From positions 2,144,001-2,208,000 of the forward strand of contig OY761158.1 in NCBI GenBank assembly GCA_963664405.1: a stretch of 64,000 nucleotides of DNA. Reading direction: 5' to 3'. Positions 55,208-64,000 of the stretch are shown here, one piece after another. This DNA is from Thermoanaerobaculia bacterium (GTDB lineage Bacteria > Acidobacteriota > Thermoanaerobaculia > Multivoradales > Multivoraceae). The position numbers and the translations under genes were made by a program. Every line of letters starts with the position of its first letter. Position 1 is the stretch's first letter. The notes beneath the pieces are model-generated. The model was not told where the DNA came from. It saw only the letters and a program-made list of their open reading frames with translations, and made no database searches.

Positions 55208-57910
55208 ATGACGATGCGCAAATGTCTGTTGGCCACATTGACAGTCCTGCTCTCGGCCTTACCCGGGTTGGCCGACGGCCCGCAGACGGGGACCCTCGAC
55301 GGCCGTGTGCTCGACGCTCAGAGCCAACCGCTGCCGGGGGTGACTGTGACCCTCTCCGGTTCCCGCGGCGAGAAGACCCTGGTCACCGGCGACGACGGCG
55401 TCTTCCGGTTCGGCCTGCTCGAGGCGGGAGAGTACACAGTGAAGGCCGCTCTCGAGGGGCTGGGCCAAAGTGAGATCACTGCGCGCCTCGAGACCGGCGC
55501 CCGACGCACCCTGGTCCTGGATCTGGGCGCCGCCACCGAGGAGACGATCACCGTCACCGCCGAGGGGGCTCTCGTCGACCGCTACGTCGTCGGCAACTCC
55601 GCCAGCCTCGAGACGGAGGTGGCGGAGAACTTGAGCTTCGGTGGGCGCCAATATCAATCTTCCTTCAACACACTGCCTGGCGTCACGCACTCCGCCAGGT
55701 CGCGGAGGCAGAGCGACCAGAAGATGGCGGTCAACGGCGGCCAGGACACCGAGGTGGCAGGCATGATCGACGGCATCGACTCGAGCTTCTCCCGCTTGAG
55801 CGGCAGCGCGCGCACGTTCCTGCCCACCACCTCCCTTCAGGAGGTGCAGCTGGTAAGCGCCGGTTTCTCGACCGAGTACGGGCGGGTGGTCGGTGGGGTC
55901 ACCAACGCGGTGGTCAAGAGCGGCACCAACACTTTCCACGGCCAGTTTCTCTACATCCCCCAGAGCGAGAAGTGGCGGGCCGCCGACAAGAATATCGACA
56001 TCCCCCGCTCGGACTCGATCATCTCGAGCTTCGAGGCCAACCTCGGCGGACCCATCGTCAGCGACAAGGCATGGTTCTTCGCCGCTTACGCCGAGCTGGA
56101 CCAGAATCGCGTCGACAAGATCGCCGCGACCGGCACCCCTTTAGCCGCCGGCCGCACCAACGAGCCGGCGCTCCTCAAGCTCAACTTCCAGCCCAACGAC
56201 CGCAACCAGCTGAGGCTGCTGGGAATCGATAGCCCGACCAGGGTGCTCGCGATCCCCCCCATCTCCGGCGACGAGTTTGCCCCAATCCCCATCGAGCTCC
56301 CCGCCGACATGGCGACGGCGAGCTGGGCCTATGTCGTCAGCCCGTCGGCGTTCTTCGAGCTGCGCGTCGCCGACCAGAATAACAACTCGTACACACTGCC
56401 GCCCGCGGGCCACCCGATCGACCCCAACGCCAGCCCGGACGATCCCCTCGGAAACAACTTCCAATATATTGACCTTAGCCCGTTCCTCATCTACAACTCC
56501 TTCATCGGGGGAGCGAATTTCATAGAGCTTCCGCGGCAACAAGGTAACGCCTCGATGAGCCTGTTCCGTGGCAGTAACGAGATCAAGTTCGGCATCGACT
56601 ACCAGGACATCGAGCAGACGAACTTCAATAACACCGGCCAGCGCTTCAGAGGAAGAGGCTTCAACAACGCTCTACCCGGCGGCTTCGCGACGCCGCTCTT
56701 CAAGGACGTCTACGACCCGGCGACCCCGCGCACGAGCACCGCCGAGGTAGCCTCCGCTTACGCCCAGGACCGCCTCGATGTCGGCGGCGACCGTTGGAGC
56801 GTACATTTCGGCCTGCGTCTCGACAGCCAGACGGCCGACAACGACGCCGGTGAGGAAGCCGCCTCGTGGACCAAGGTCGCGCCCCGCTTCGGTGCGGTCT
56901 ACGACCTCAAGGGCGACGGCCACCTGCTGCTCAAGGCCTCGGCTGGGCGCTACTACCAGATCTTCCCCCAGGTCCTGATCGAGGAGTTCGCCCGCCAGCC
57001 CACCGGCCTCAATATCTTCAACCGATTCGGGTGGAATCCCGCGAGCCAGCGCTACGACATCTTCCAGCGTCGTTCGGTTTCCCTTGGGGACAATGCGATC
57101 CAGGAGATCGATCCCTACTTTAAGGACGAGGTCACGTTCGGTACGCAGTGGCAGTTCTCGGACGCCTGGGTGTTCGAGGCGCAGGCGATCTGGTGGGAGC
57201 TCTCCGATCTCCTCTGGGCCTCCGACCAGTTCGACGCGGCCGGCGCGGTCTATCGCGACGTGCGCAACTGGGACGCCGGCTTCCGTGACTACATCGGGCT
57301 GCGTCTCGAGATGAACCGCGCCTTTCGCCGCGGCTGGACCCTGCGCACCAACTACACCCTGAGCAAGAACGAGGGCAACAACTTCGGCGCCACGGACAAC
57401 AGCTTCCTCTTCAACGACGACCTCTTCGAGGGTCTGGGGGGGATCGAGGTCGGCACCGGCGCTACCAACGCCACCTCGGTCAACCGCGATGGGCGCGGCT
57501 TTCTCGATCGCACCCACAACCTGAACGTCGTCGCGCTCAAGCAGTTCACAGTTGGGGAGCAGGTCTTCGGAATCGGGGGGCACCTGGCCTTCCGCAGCGG
57601 CGAGCCTTGGGGCCAGCGTCAATCGACCTTCGTTGCGCACCCGCAGTCGGGACAGTCGATCCGCACCACCTCCTACCGTGAGCCACGCGACGCCAACGAG
57701 CTAGAGGACACCCTCGAGCTGAGCTTGACCGGCTCCTGGAACTTCCCGATCACAGGGCGCGTCCAGGGCCGCCTGGCGATCGAGGCTGTGAACCTCAACA
57801 ACGATCAGGAGCTGGTCGCCATCAACCGGGCGAACGGCCGGCCGATAGCGGGCGTCACGGCCTACCAGATGCCGAGGGAGATCAGGGGGCAGATCGGCAT
57901 CAAGTTCTAG
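55208..57910 (+). CDS. TonB-dependent receptor (Oar-like, with a carboxypeptidase-regulatory N-terminal domain)
   Basis: Signal peptide; LPGVTVT, KSGTNTFHG, LGGPIVSDKAWFF, APRFG; terminal Phe. Confidence 0.92.
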   Translation: MTMRKCLLATLTVLLSALPGLADGPQTGTLDGRVLDAQSQPLPGVTVTLSGSRGEKTLVTGDDGVFRFGLLEAGEYTVKAALEGLGQSEITARLETGARRTLVLDLGAATEETITVTAEGALVDRYVVGNSASLETEVAENLSFGGRQYQSSFNTLPGVTHSARSRRQSDQKMAVNGGQDTEVAGMIDGIDSSFSRLSGSARTFLPTTSLQEVQLVSAGFSTEYGRVVGGVTNAVVKSGTNTFHGQFLYIPQSEKWRAADKNIDIPRSDSIISSFEANLGGPIVSDKAWFFAAYAELDQNRVDKIAATGTPLAAGRTNEPALLKLNFQPNDRNQLRLLGIDSPTRVLAIPPISGDEFAPIPIELPADMATASWAYVVSPSAFFELRVADQNNNSYTLPPAGHPIDPNASPDDPLGNNFQYIDLSPFLIYNSFIGGANFIELPRQQGNASMSLFRGSNEIKFGIDYQDIEQTNFNNTGQRFRGRGFNNALPGGFATPLFKDVYDPATPRTSTAEVASAYAQDRLDVGGDRWSVHFGLRLDSQTADNDAGEEAASWTKVAPRFGAVYDLKGDGHLLLKASAGRYYQIFPQVLIEEFARQPTGLNIFNRFGWNPASQRYDIFQRRSVSLGDNAIQEIDPYFKDEVTFGTQWQFSDAWVFEAQAIWWELSDLLWASDQFDAAGAVYRDVRNWDAGFRDYIGLRLEMNRAFRRGWTLRTNYTLSKNEGNNFGATDNSFLFNDDLFEGLGGIEVGTGATNATSVNRDGRGFLDRTHNLNVVALKQFTVGEQVFGIGGHLAFRSGEPWGQRQSTFVAHPQSGQSIRTTSYREPRDANELEDTLELSLTGSWNFPITGRVQGRLAIEAVNLNNDQELVAINRANGRPIAGVTAYQMPREIRGQIGIKF

Positions 57911-57911
57911 A

Positions 57912-59531
57912 ATGTCCGGCGCCGTAACTCGACGCGATCTGCTCCGCAATCTCGGCCTAGTAGCCGGGACGGGCTTGTTGACCACTCGTTGTAGCCGTCG
58001 TGATGCCGGTTCGCCCGGCGAGCGGCCCAACATCGTCATGATCATGTCCGACGACATGGGTTACTCCGACCTGGGCTGTTACGGAGGCGAAATCCGCACC
58101 CCGCACCTGGACCGGTTGGGTTTCGGTGGGATGCGCTTCACACGCTTCTACACAAACAACGTGTGCTCGCCGACGCGAGCGGCCCTGATGACGGGGATTC
58201 AAAGCGACCTCTCGCTCGAATTGGGAGAAGGGCCGGGGCTGCAACAGGCGCACATCACCCACCGTGCACCGACCCTTGCCGAGGCGCTCCAAGGCGCCGG
58301 TTACGGAACGTACATGAGCGGCAAATGGCATTTGGCCTCGGACACGGACGATTTCGCGAACCTTCCTTGTCAACGAGGCTTCGATCGATTCTATGGCGGC
58401 ATTATCGGGGCCTATAGCTACTTTGCGCCCTACTCGTTGATGCGAGACAACCAAACTTGTCCCGAGGAGTATGAAGATCCCGCCTACTATTTCACTGACG
58501 CGATATCCGACAATGCTGTCGACTTCCTGGAAGAGGCAGATAACAAGGACGAACCCTTCTTTCTCTACGTGGCTTATAACGCCGCCCACTGGCCGCTTCA
58601 TGCCCGCGAGAGCGACGTCGCGAAATACAGGGGGAACTATGCGCTCGGCTGGGACGAGCTTCGCGATCAGCGACACGCCCGAATGAAGAAGTTGGGAGTC
58701 ATCGATCCGGATTGGCAGCTCTCCCCAAGGAACCCTAACGTGCCGGCGTGGGAAGATGAGCCGCACAAAGATTGGCAGCAACGGCGCATGGAAGTCTATG
58801 CCGCCCAAGTCGAGGTCATGGACGAAGGGATCGGACGCATCCTCGCGGAGCTCGAGCGTCAGGGCAAGCTCGACAATACCCTCGTCTGCTTCCAGCACGA
58901 CAATGGCGGCTGCCACGTCGAATACACGACCGATCACCCACATGAGCAATTCCAGTTCGAGGGGACACGTGACGGCCGTCCGCTCCGCGCCGGAAATGAT
59001 CCGGGGATTCTGCCCGGGCCCGAAGACACGTTTCAGAGCTACGGCTACGGCTGGGCGAACGCGTCCAACACGCCCTTTCGACTCTACAAGAGCCACGACC
59101 ACGAGGGCGGGATCTGTGTTCCCTTGATTGCTCACTGGCCAGGGGTCATCAAGCCCGGCGCGATCGACGACCAAATAGCCCATGTCACGGACCTGATGCC
59201 GACGTTTCTTGAAGTTGCCCGCGCTGAGCGTCCGCCTGCTGCAGGGGACGAGCCGCCCATGCCCATGGATGGCCGTAGCCTAGCCCCCGTGTTGCGGGGG
59301 CACAGACGCGAGCCGCCCGCGGCACTTTTCTGGCAAGGGCTCGCGAGCGGCAGCCGCGCCGTGCGCCAGGGCAAGTGGAAGCTCGTGGCGGTCCGTGATC
59401 AGCCGTGGGAGCTCTACGATGTCGAGGCCGATGGGACGGAGCTGAGCGACCTCGCGCCCCAGATGAGCGGAAAAGTCGCGGAACTGGCAGCCCTGTGGGA
59501 CGAGTGGGCTTCGCGTAGAGACCGCTCCTAG
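57912..59531 (+). CDS. Arylsulfatase, Tat lipoprotein
   Basis: TRRDLL, SDDMG, CSPTRA, GKWH, HDNG. Confidence 0.92.
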   Translation: MSGAVTRRDLLRNLGLVAGTGLLTTRCSRRDAGSPGERPNIVMIMSDDMGYSDLGCYGGEIRTPHLDRLGFGGMRFTRFYTNNVCSPTRAALMTGIQSDLSLELGEGPGLQQAHITHRAPTLAEALQGAGYGTYMSGKWHLASDTDDFANLPCQRGFDRFYGGIIGAYSYFAPYSLMRDNQTCPEEYEDPAYYFTDAISDNAVDFLEEADNKDEPFFLYVAYNAAHWPLHARESDVAKYRGNYALGWDELRDQRHARMKKLGVIDPDWQLSPRNPNVPAWEDEPHKDWQQRRMEVYAAQVEVMDEGIGRILAELERQGKLDNTLVCFQHDNGGCHVEYTTDHPHEQFQFEGTRDGRPLRAGNDPGILPGPEDTFQSYGYGWANASNTPFRLYKSHDHEGGICVPLIAHWPGVIKPGAIDDQIAHVTDLMPTFLEVARAERPPAAGDEPPMPMDGRSLAPVLRGHRREPPAALFWQGLASGSRAVRQGKWKLVAVRDQPWELYDVEADGTELSDLAPQMSGKVAELAALWDEWASRRDRS

Positions 59532-59578
59532 CTCAGTGCGCCTCCCATTGGATTCACGTCATTTCACCGGAGAAGGCT

Positions 59579-60730
59579 ATGCAACGCATTACAAAACTAA
59601 CTTTGGCTCTCTCGACGGTTGTAGCTCTCGCGAGCTCCGCTCTTATCCAGGCCCAGCCGATCTCCTCGGCTGAGCCATTCAAGGTCGGGACCTTCGAGAT
59701 CGGCGGCGCACCGACGGTAGGAATCGTCCTCAGGGACGCTCTGGTCGTTGACCTTGCGGTGGCGAACACGGCGCTCGAGATCGATCCGATGTACCCGCAC
59801 GTCAACGCGCCGGCAGACATGCTCGAGCTGATCGGGCAGTATGAGTACGGTCTGAAGTACCGGATTTACGAGATCGTCAACAACGTAGTGGGCAACGACC
59901 TGCTTGAAGCAGACTACGTCCACCGTGTCGACGACTTAGACATCCTTCCTCCGATTCTTTACCCCAGCAAGATCATGAACGCGGTCTTCAACTTCTACAC
60001 GCACGCGTGTGAAGGCTGCACCGAGGAGGAGCTGGCGGCGAACACCCGGGAGCGACAGGAGAATCGCGGTGTGCCGTACCTGTTCCTCAAGCCTACGCGC
60101 GGCGCCGTCATCGGCAGCGGCGATGAAATCGTGATGCCCTACGGCCGGGACCGGATCGAATGGGAAGTGGAGATGGCTGTCGTATTCGGCCGCGCCGGGA
60201 AGTACATCTCTGCGAGCCGCGCGTATGACCATGTGTTCGGCTACACCGTCGCCATTGATGTATCCGACCGTGGCGGGCGTCCTCCGGGCGGTGTCCCCTT
60301 CGTGTTGGACTGGTTTGTCGGTAAGGGCCATGACACTTTCGCGCCCCAGGGGCCGTGGATCGTTCCAAAGGAGTTCTACGGAGATCCCATGGAGCGCTTG
60401 CACCAGAGTCTGGTCATCGACGGCGTGACCGTTCAGGAGGCCAAGGCAGGTGACATGATCCACAGCATCCCGGAGCTGATCGAGTACGCATCGTCGCTCA
60501 TCACGGTATTTCCCGGCGACATTCTGCAGAGCGGGACATCGGGCGGAACGGGCGCTGGCCGCGTTGAGCGCGCGACGGGCTCCGGGTACCTGAAGGCTGG
60601 CGAGACGATCGAGGCCACGATCGAGGGTATCGGAACGCTAAGACACACCGTCGTCGCTGAGGACGGCGTTCCGGACGATCTGTCCGGCGCACAGCTGCCT
60701 TCAGTTAGTTCGTATCGCCGGGACCAATGA
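59579..60730 (+). CDS. Fumarylacetoacetate hydrolase family protein with a signal peptide
   Basis: FLKP, EWEVEM, DVSDR, GKGHDTFAP, GDILQSGT. Confidence 0.88.
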   Translation: MQRITKLTLALSTVVALASSALIQAQPISSAEPFKVGTFEIGGAPTVGIVLRDALVVDLAVANTALEIDPMYPHVNAPADMLELIGQYEYGLKYRIYEIVNNVVGNDLLEADYVHRVDDLDILPPILYPSKIMNAVFNFYTHACEGCTEEELAANTRERQENRGVPYLFLKPTRGAVIGSGDEIVMPYGRDRIEWEVEMAVVFGRAGKYISASRAYDHVFGYTVAIDVSDRGGRPPGGVPFVLDWFVGKGHDTFAPQGPWIVPKEFYGDPMERLHQSLVIDGVTVQEAKAGDMIHSIPELIEYASSLITVFPGDILQSGTSGGTGAGRVERATGSGYLKAGETIEATIEGIGTLRHTVVAEDGVPDDLSGAQLPSVSSYRRDQ

Positions 60731-61026
60731 TCGACGGCCGTTACGGCGCCGTGCGCTGGAGAAGCAGAAAGGTTGCAAGAGGTCTTGGGATTTCGAGACG
60801 GAACCTCCGGCTCGCCGCTCCAGTTGTCGAAGTCGGCCTCGTCGGTTGAACCGACCATCCGGCGATACTCGAGCGGAGGGAAGGGGAGCTCTGGCGGACG
60901 TCCGGCCAGAGCGACGACCAGCTTCTGCAGCCAGTGTCTACTCATGATCGCCCCCCACCCCCGGCGGTGGTTGGAGGCATTAGTATAGGGGCCTCGCCCG
61001 AACCCACGAATCACGGGAGAGTCAGA

Positions 61027-61968
61027 ATGAGCCACGCCTTCGACGTACCGATCCATCTCTGCGGGGCTCTACGATCACCGAAGCAGATGCTCGCCGACCA
61101 GGAGTACGGCGGCCATGCCTCGCTGCACGACGACCAAACGGCGGAGCAACTAGGCTTTCGTGCCGGTGCGATCGAAGGGCCGACCCACTTCAGCCAGTTC
61201 GAGCCGTTGCTTGCCGAGATCTGGGGCAAAGAGTGGTTCGAGAGCGGCTGCCTGAGCGCCCACTACCGCAATATGGTGATTGAAGGGGAGGAGGTGCGGG
61301 CATTCGTGGAGCGGCCGACCGAAGGTCAGATCCAGGTCCGGATCCGAGCGGAGAAGGCCGATGGCACGGAGGTTCTGGTCGGTACCGCCTCGATCGGCAG
61401 CGATCCACCACAGTCCGAGCTGGAGACCCGCCTCGCCAATCTTCGCCCACCTGGGCAGCTGGTGATCCTGCGTGATCTCGAGGTCGGCATGCGGTGGGCC
61501 GTGGTCGAAGAGGTGCGGATGGACTTCGACCAACATATGGGTAAGTTGTACCCCTTCTCGCTCAACCAGAAGCTGGAGAAGATCACCGAGCGATCGCCCT
61601 GGTTCACCGAGGAGGGTGGCGGCGGCTCGCCCTGGGGTCGAGCGATCATTCCGCTCGAGATGGTCAGTGTGCTGCTCTGCTATAGCGGCGGTCTTGCCTG
61701 CTTCCCCAGCCGCGGTCCGGCCGTCGATCTCATTGCAGGCCAGCAGATCCGGATGATCAAAGGTCCGCTCTTCGTCAGCGAGGACTACCTCGTCGATCGC
61801 GAGATCATCGCGCTGAGCGAGAGTCGGCGAACCGAGTCGACCTGGACCCGGGTGTCTGTCCGTGAGCCGGGGTCGAAGGATCTGGTGGCCGAGATGATCA
61901 TCGGCGGAGCCACTCTCAAGGACTCGTACGCCAACTACCAGCAGGAGTTGGCGGCGTTGACTCGATAG
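61027..61968 (+). CDS. Hypothetical protein, probable double hotdog fold
   Basis: ASLHDDQTAEQLGFRAGAIEGPTH resembles the MaoC hydratase motif. Confidence 0.65.
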   Translation: MSHAFDVPIHLCGALRSPKQMLADQEYGGHASLHDDQTAEQLGFRAGAIEGPTHFSQFEPLLAEIWGKEWFESGCLSAHYRNMVIEGEEVRAFVERPTEGQIQVRIRAEKADGTEVLVGTASIGSDPPQSELETRLANLRPPGQLVILRDLEVGMRWAVVEEVRMDFDQHMGKLYPFSLNQKLEKITERSPWFTEEGGGGSPWGRAIIPLEMVSVLLCYSGGLACFPSRGPAVDLIAGQQIRMIKGPLFVSEDYLVDREIIALSESRRTESTWTRVSVREPGSKDLVAEMIIGGATLKDSYANYQQELAALTR

Positions 61969-62406
61969 TGGAGCCTGGGGCTGTCGCGCCCTCTCGGGCG
62001 CCTCTCGCGGTGTGACTTCGCGCTTTCCGCCGCTGGGCTAGCGGACGCGCTCCATGGCCCGCTTGAGGAGCTTGACCGCACGTCGCGTTTGTCGAGCCAG
62101 CAGATCTTGCCGAGAAAGGGATCGGAGGCGCTCGAAGAAGTCCGCCCGCCGGGTCGACCCGACTCTATCCTTCCGCCAAGGCCAGGGCGACCAGCTCCAC
62201 GCTCTCGGCGTCGGGATCGAGAGCCGTAGATCCGCGGGCATCGAGAGCTCGACCAGTGCGATACCATCAGTAGTGCTGAATAGAGAACACCATCCCCCGG
62301 CTCGAGGTCGAGGACGGCTTCCACATCTACGCCGATCCTCTTCCCGAAGGGCACGATCTGCGGTCGTTATCCGAACGTCCCTGGTCAAACCAATGAAGGA
62401 GAGACG

Positions 62407-63633
62407 ATGATCGATTTCGAGATTCCTGCAGAGACCAAAGCGGTCCGTGCCAAGGTGCGAGCGTTCGTCCAGAACGAGTGCATCCCGGCCGAGGAGGCAT
62501 GCACCGCGGAGAACGTCGACGAGGTCTTGGCGGGGCTTCGGGAGAAGGCCCGAGCGCAAGGCCTTTGGTGCCCGTTCATCCCCGAGGAGCATGGCGGCAT
62601 GGGCCTCAGACCTCTGGCCAACGCGCTCGTCCAGATGGAGCTCGGGGAGAGCTTTCTCGGGGCGCTGTCGCTCAATACCCAGGGCCCCGACGACGCAACC
62701 ATGCTGACGCTGCTCGAGAACGGCACCGAGGACCAGAAGGAGCGCTTCTTGAAGCCCCTTCTCGCCGGCGAGAAGCGCATCTGCTACTCGATGACCGAGA
62801 GGGCGGCGGGAGCCGACGCCACAGGGATGCAGACCTCGGCCGTCCTCGACGGCGACAACTACGTTCTGAACGGCGAGAAGTGGTTCAGTTCGTCCGCCAG
62901 CGTCGCCGACGTCGCCCTTGTCATGGCGAAGACCGACCCCGACGTCGCGCGTCACCGGCAGTTCTCGACCTTCCTCGTCGAGCTGCCCGACCCCGGATAC
63001 AAGATCCTGCGCAACATCGAGACCATGCAGCCGCACACCGATCTCGGCCTCAAGCTGGGCGGATCTCATTCGGAGATTCGCATCGAGAACCTCGTTGTTC
63101 CGAAGGAGAACCTCCTCGGCGGCCGCGGCCAGGGCTTCGCGATGGGCCAACACCGCCTCGCCTACGGGCGCCTGCGCCACGGCATGCACAACGTGGCGAT
63201 GGGGCAGCGTGCTCTCGACCTCGCCGTGGGCCATGCGGTTCAGCGCGTCACCTTCGGCAAGCGACTCGCCGACCGGCAGGGGGTGCGCTGGATGCTCGCC
63301 GACTGCGCGGCCGAGCTCTACAAGGCGCGCCTCATGCTGCTCCACATCGCCTACAAGGCGGAGAAGGGCATGGACCTGCGCAACGAGAACGGCATCGCCA
63401 AGGTGTTTCTCGCCAACATGGTTCACCAGGTGGTCGACACGGCCATCCAGCTCCACGGCGCTCTGGGCTACAGTATGGACACGCCGCTGGCGGGTTGGTA
63501 CCGCGGCATCCGCGCCCAACGGCTGGTCGACGGCCCCGACGAGGTCCACCGCTGGCGTACCGGCAAGAACGTCGTTCAGGCGTATGAGGCGCACGGCACG
63601 ACGGCGTCCGCCTGCGGGGGCGACCTTCTTTGA
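62407..63633 (+). CDS. Acyl-CoA dehydrogenase
   Basis: YSMTE, LNGEKWFSS, AIQLHGALG, DGPDEVH. Confidence 0.93.
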   Translation: MIDFEIPAETKAVRAKVRAFVQNECIPAEEACTAENVDEVLAGLREKARAQGLWCPFIPEEHGGMGLRPLANALVQMELGESFLGALSLNTQGPDDATMLTLLENGTEDQKERFLKPLLAGEKRICYSMTERAAGADATGMQTSAVLDGDNYVLNGEKWFSSSASVADVALVMAKTDPDVARHRQFSTFLVELPDPGYKILRNIETMQPHTDLGLKLGGSHSEIRIENLVVPKENLLGGRGQGFAMGQHRLAYGRLRHGMHNVAMGQRALDLAVGHAVQRVTFGKRLADRQGVRWMLADCAAELYKARLMLLHIAYKAEKGMDLRNENGIAKVFLANMVHQVVDTAIQLHGALGYSMDTPLAGWYRGIRAQRLVDGPDEVHRWRTGKNVVQAYEAHGTTASACGGDLL

Positions 63634-64000
63634 GGAGCCGGTTGCGCTGCACCCGCGGTGCGATCAGACCCCCGTTCGCTTCGCGAACGAGGTGCCACCC
63701 AGATATTCAGGGACGCGGCGATAGGCCCTATTAGACGTAATGGAATGCGTGCTCCCTCTAACAGTGGGCTCGCTACCGATCGAAACTCCAGCATTCCAAG
63801 CTCACGACGGAGCCATGCGAGGTGGAGTGGAGAGGCGCCTCGCGCCTATTCCGATGGAGCGTCGCCGCATTGACTCTGCGGGATGTCGCCGCCCCACGAC
63901 GACCAGAGAAACCTGAAGTTCAGGTCGTCACGAAGGGCAGAGAGGGCGGGAAAGACCCCGGAGGAAAGTCCACAGGCACACACGCCCTCAGTCTCTCGCA

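Noticed and set aside
36020-57910. Diversity-generating retroelement template/variable pair
   Set aside because: Differences span kilobases and include G/C and C/T changes and indels; no reverse transcriptase is in the window
60780-60945. Possible SAM-methyltransferase N-terminal scrap (LPFPPLEYRRMVGSTDEADFDN)
   Set aside because: The resemblance is from memory only and no SAM-binding motif remains
61970-62400. Intergenic region with several short ORFs
   Set aside because: No recognisable protein motif, repeat or RNA structure
62038-63594. Long antisense ORFs (here, and 57957-59183, 10323-11720, 30414-31511, 35883-37025)
   Set aside because: Shadow ORFs of high-GC genes on the opposite strand, with no recognisable motifs
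63961-63971. RNase P RNA signature GAGGAAAGTCC
   Set aside because: The following and preceding bases do not fit rnpB. The segment lies in an open minus-strand frame (63846 to the window edge) that may be a gene end

Overview
GC-rich bacterial window, most likely an Acidobacteriota (Thermoanaerobaculia-like) genome; this is inferred from the protein families and cannot be proven here. It is dense in exported catabolic enzymes: 5 sulfatases, 3 intact DUF3604/PHP-like metallohydrolases plus 1 pseudogene, PQQ-type beta-propellers, and a cytochrome c-fused PHM-like copper monooxygenase. It also carries acyl-CoA/SDR genes sharing a 16-bp TetR-type operator, and a vapBC-type pair. The 26.9-58 kb region is highly plastic. 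A module (MBL hydrolase, DUF6152, PQQ dehydrogenase-like gene, NHL propeller, two WEGDTLVV proteins) is present twice. There are three full PQQ-DH-like paralogs and two TonB-receptor paralogs that are near-identical except for patches of mostly non-synonymous change. Many gene scraps and a 204-bp IS21-type miniature element lie among them. The strongest candidate for an undescribed system is a set of short CTAG-bounded elements with unrelated termini, a shared core hairpin showing compensatory changes, and strand-specific G-T pairing. One of them is caught as a filled site (47638-47832) versus an empty site (30333). No rRNA, tRNA, CRISPR array, reverse transcriptase or intact transposase was found. 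All family assignments come from motif recognition by eye, not from database searches.
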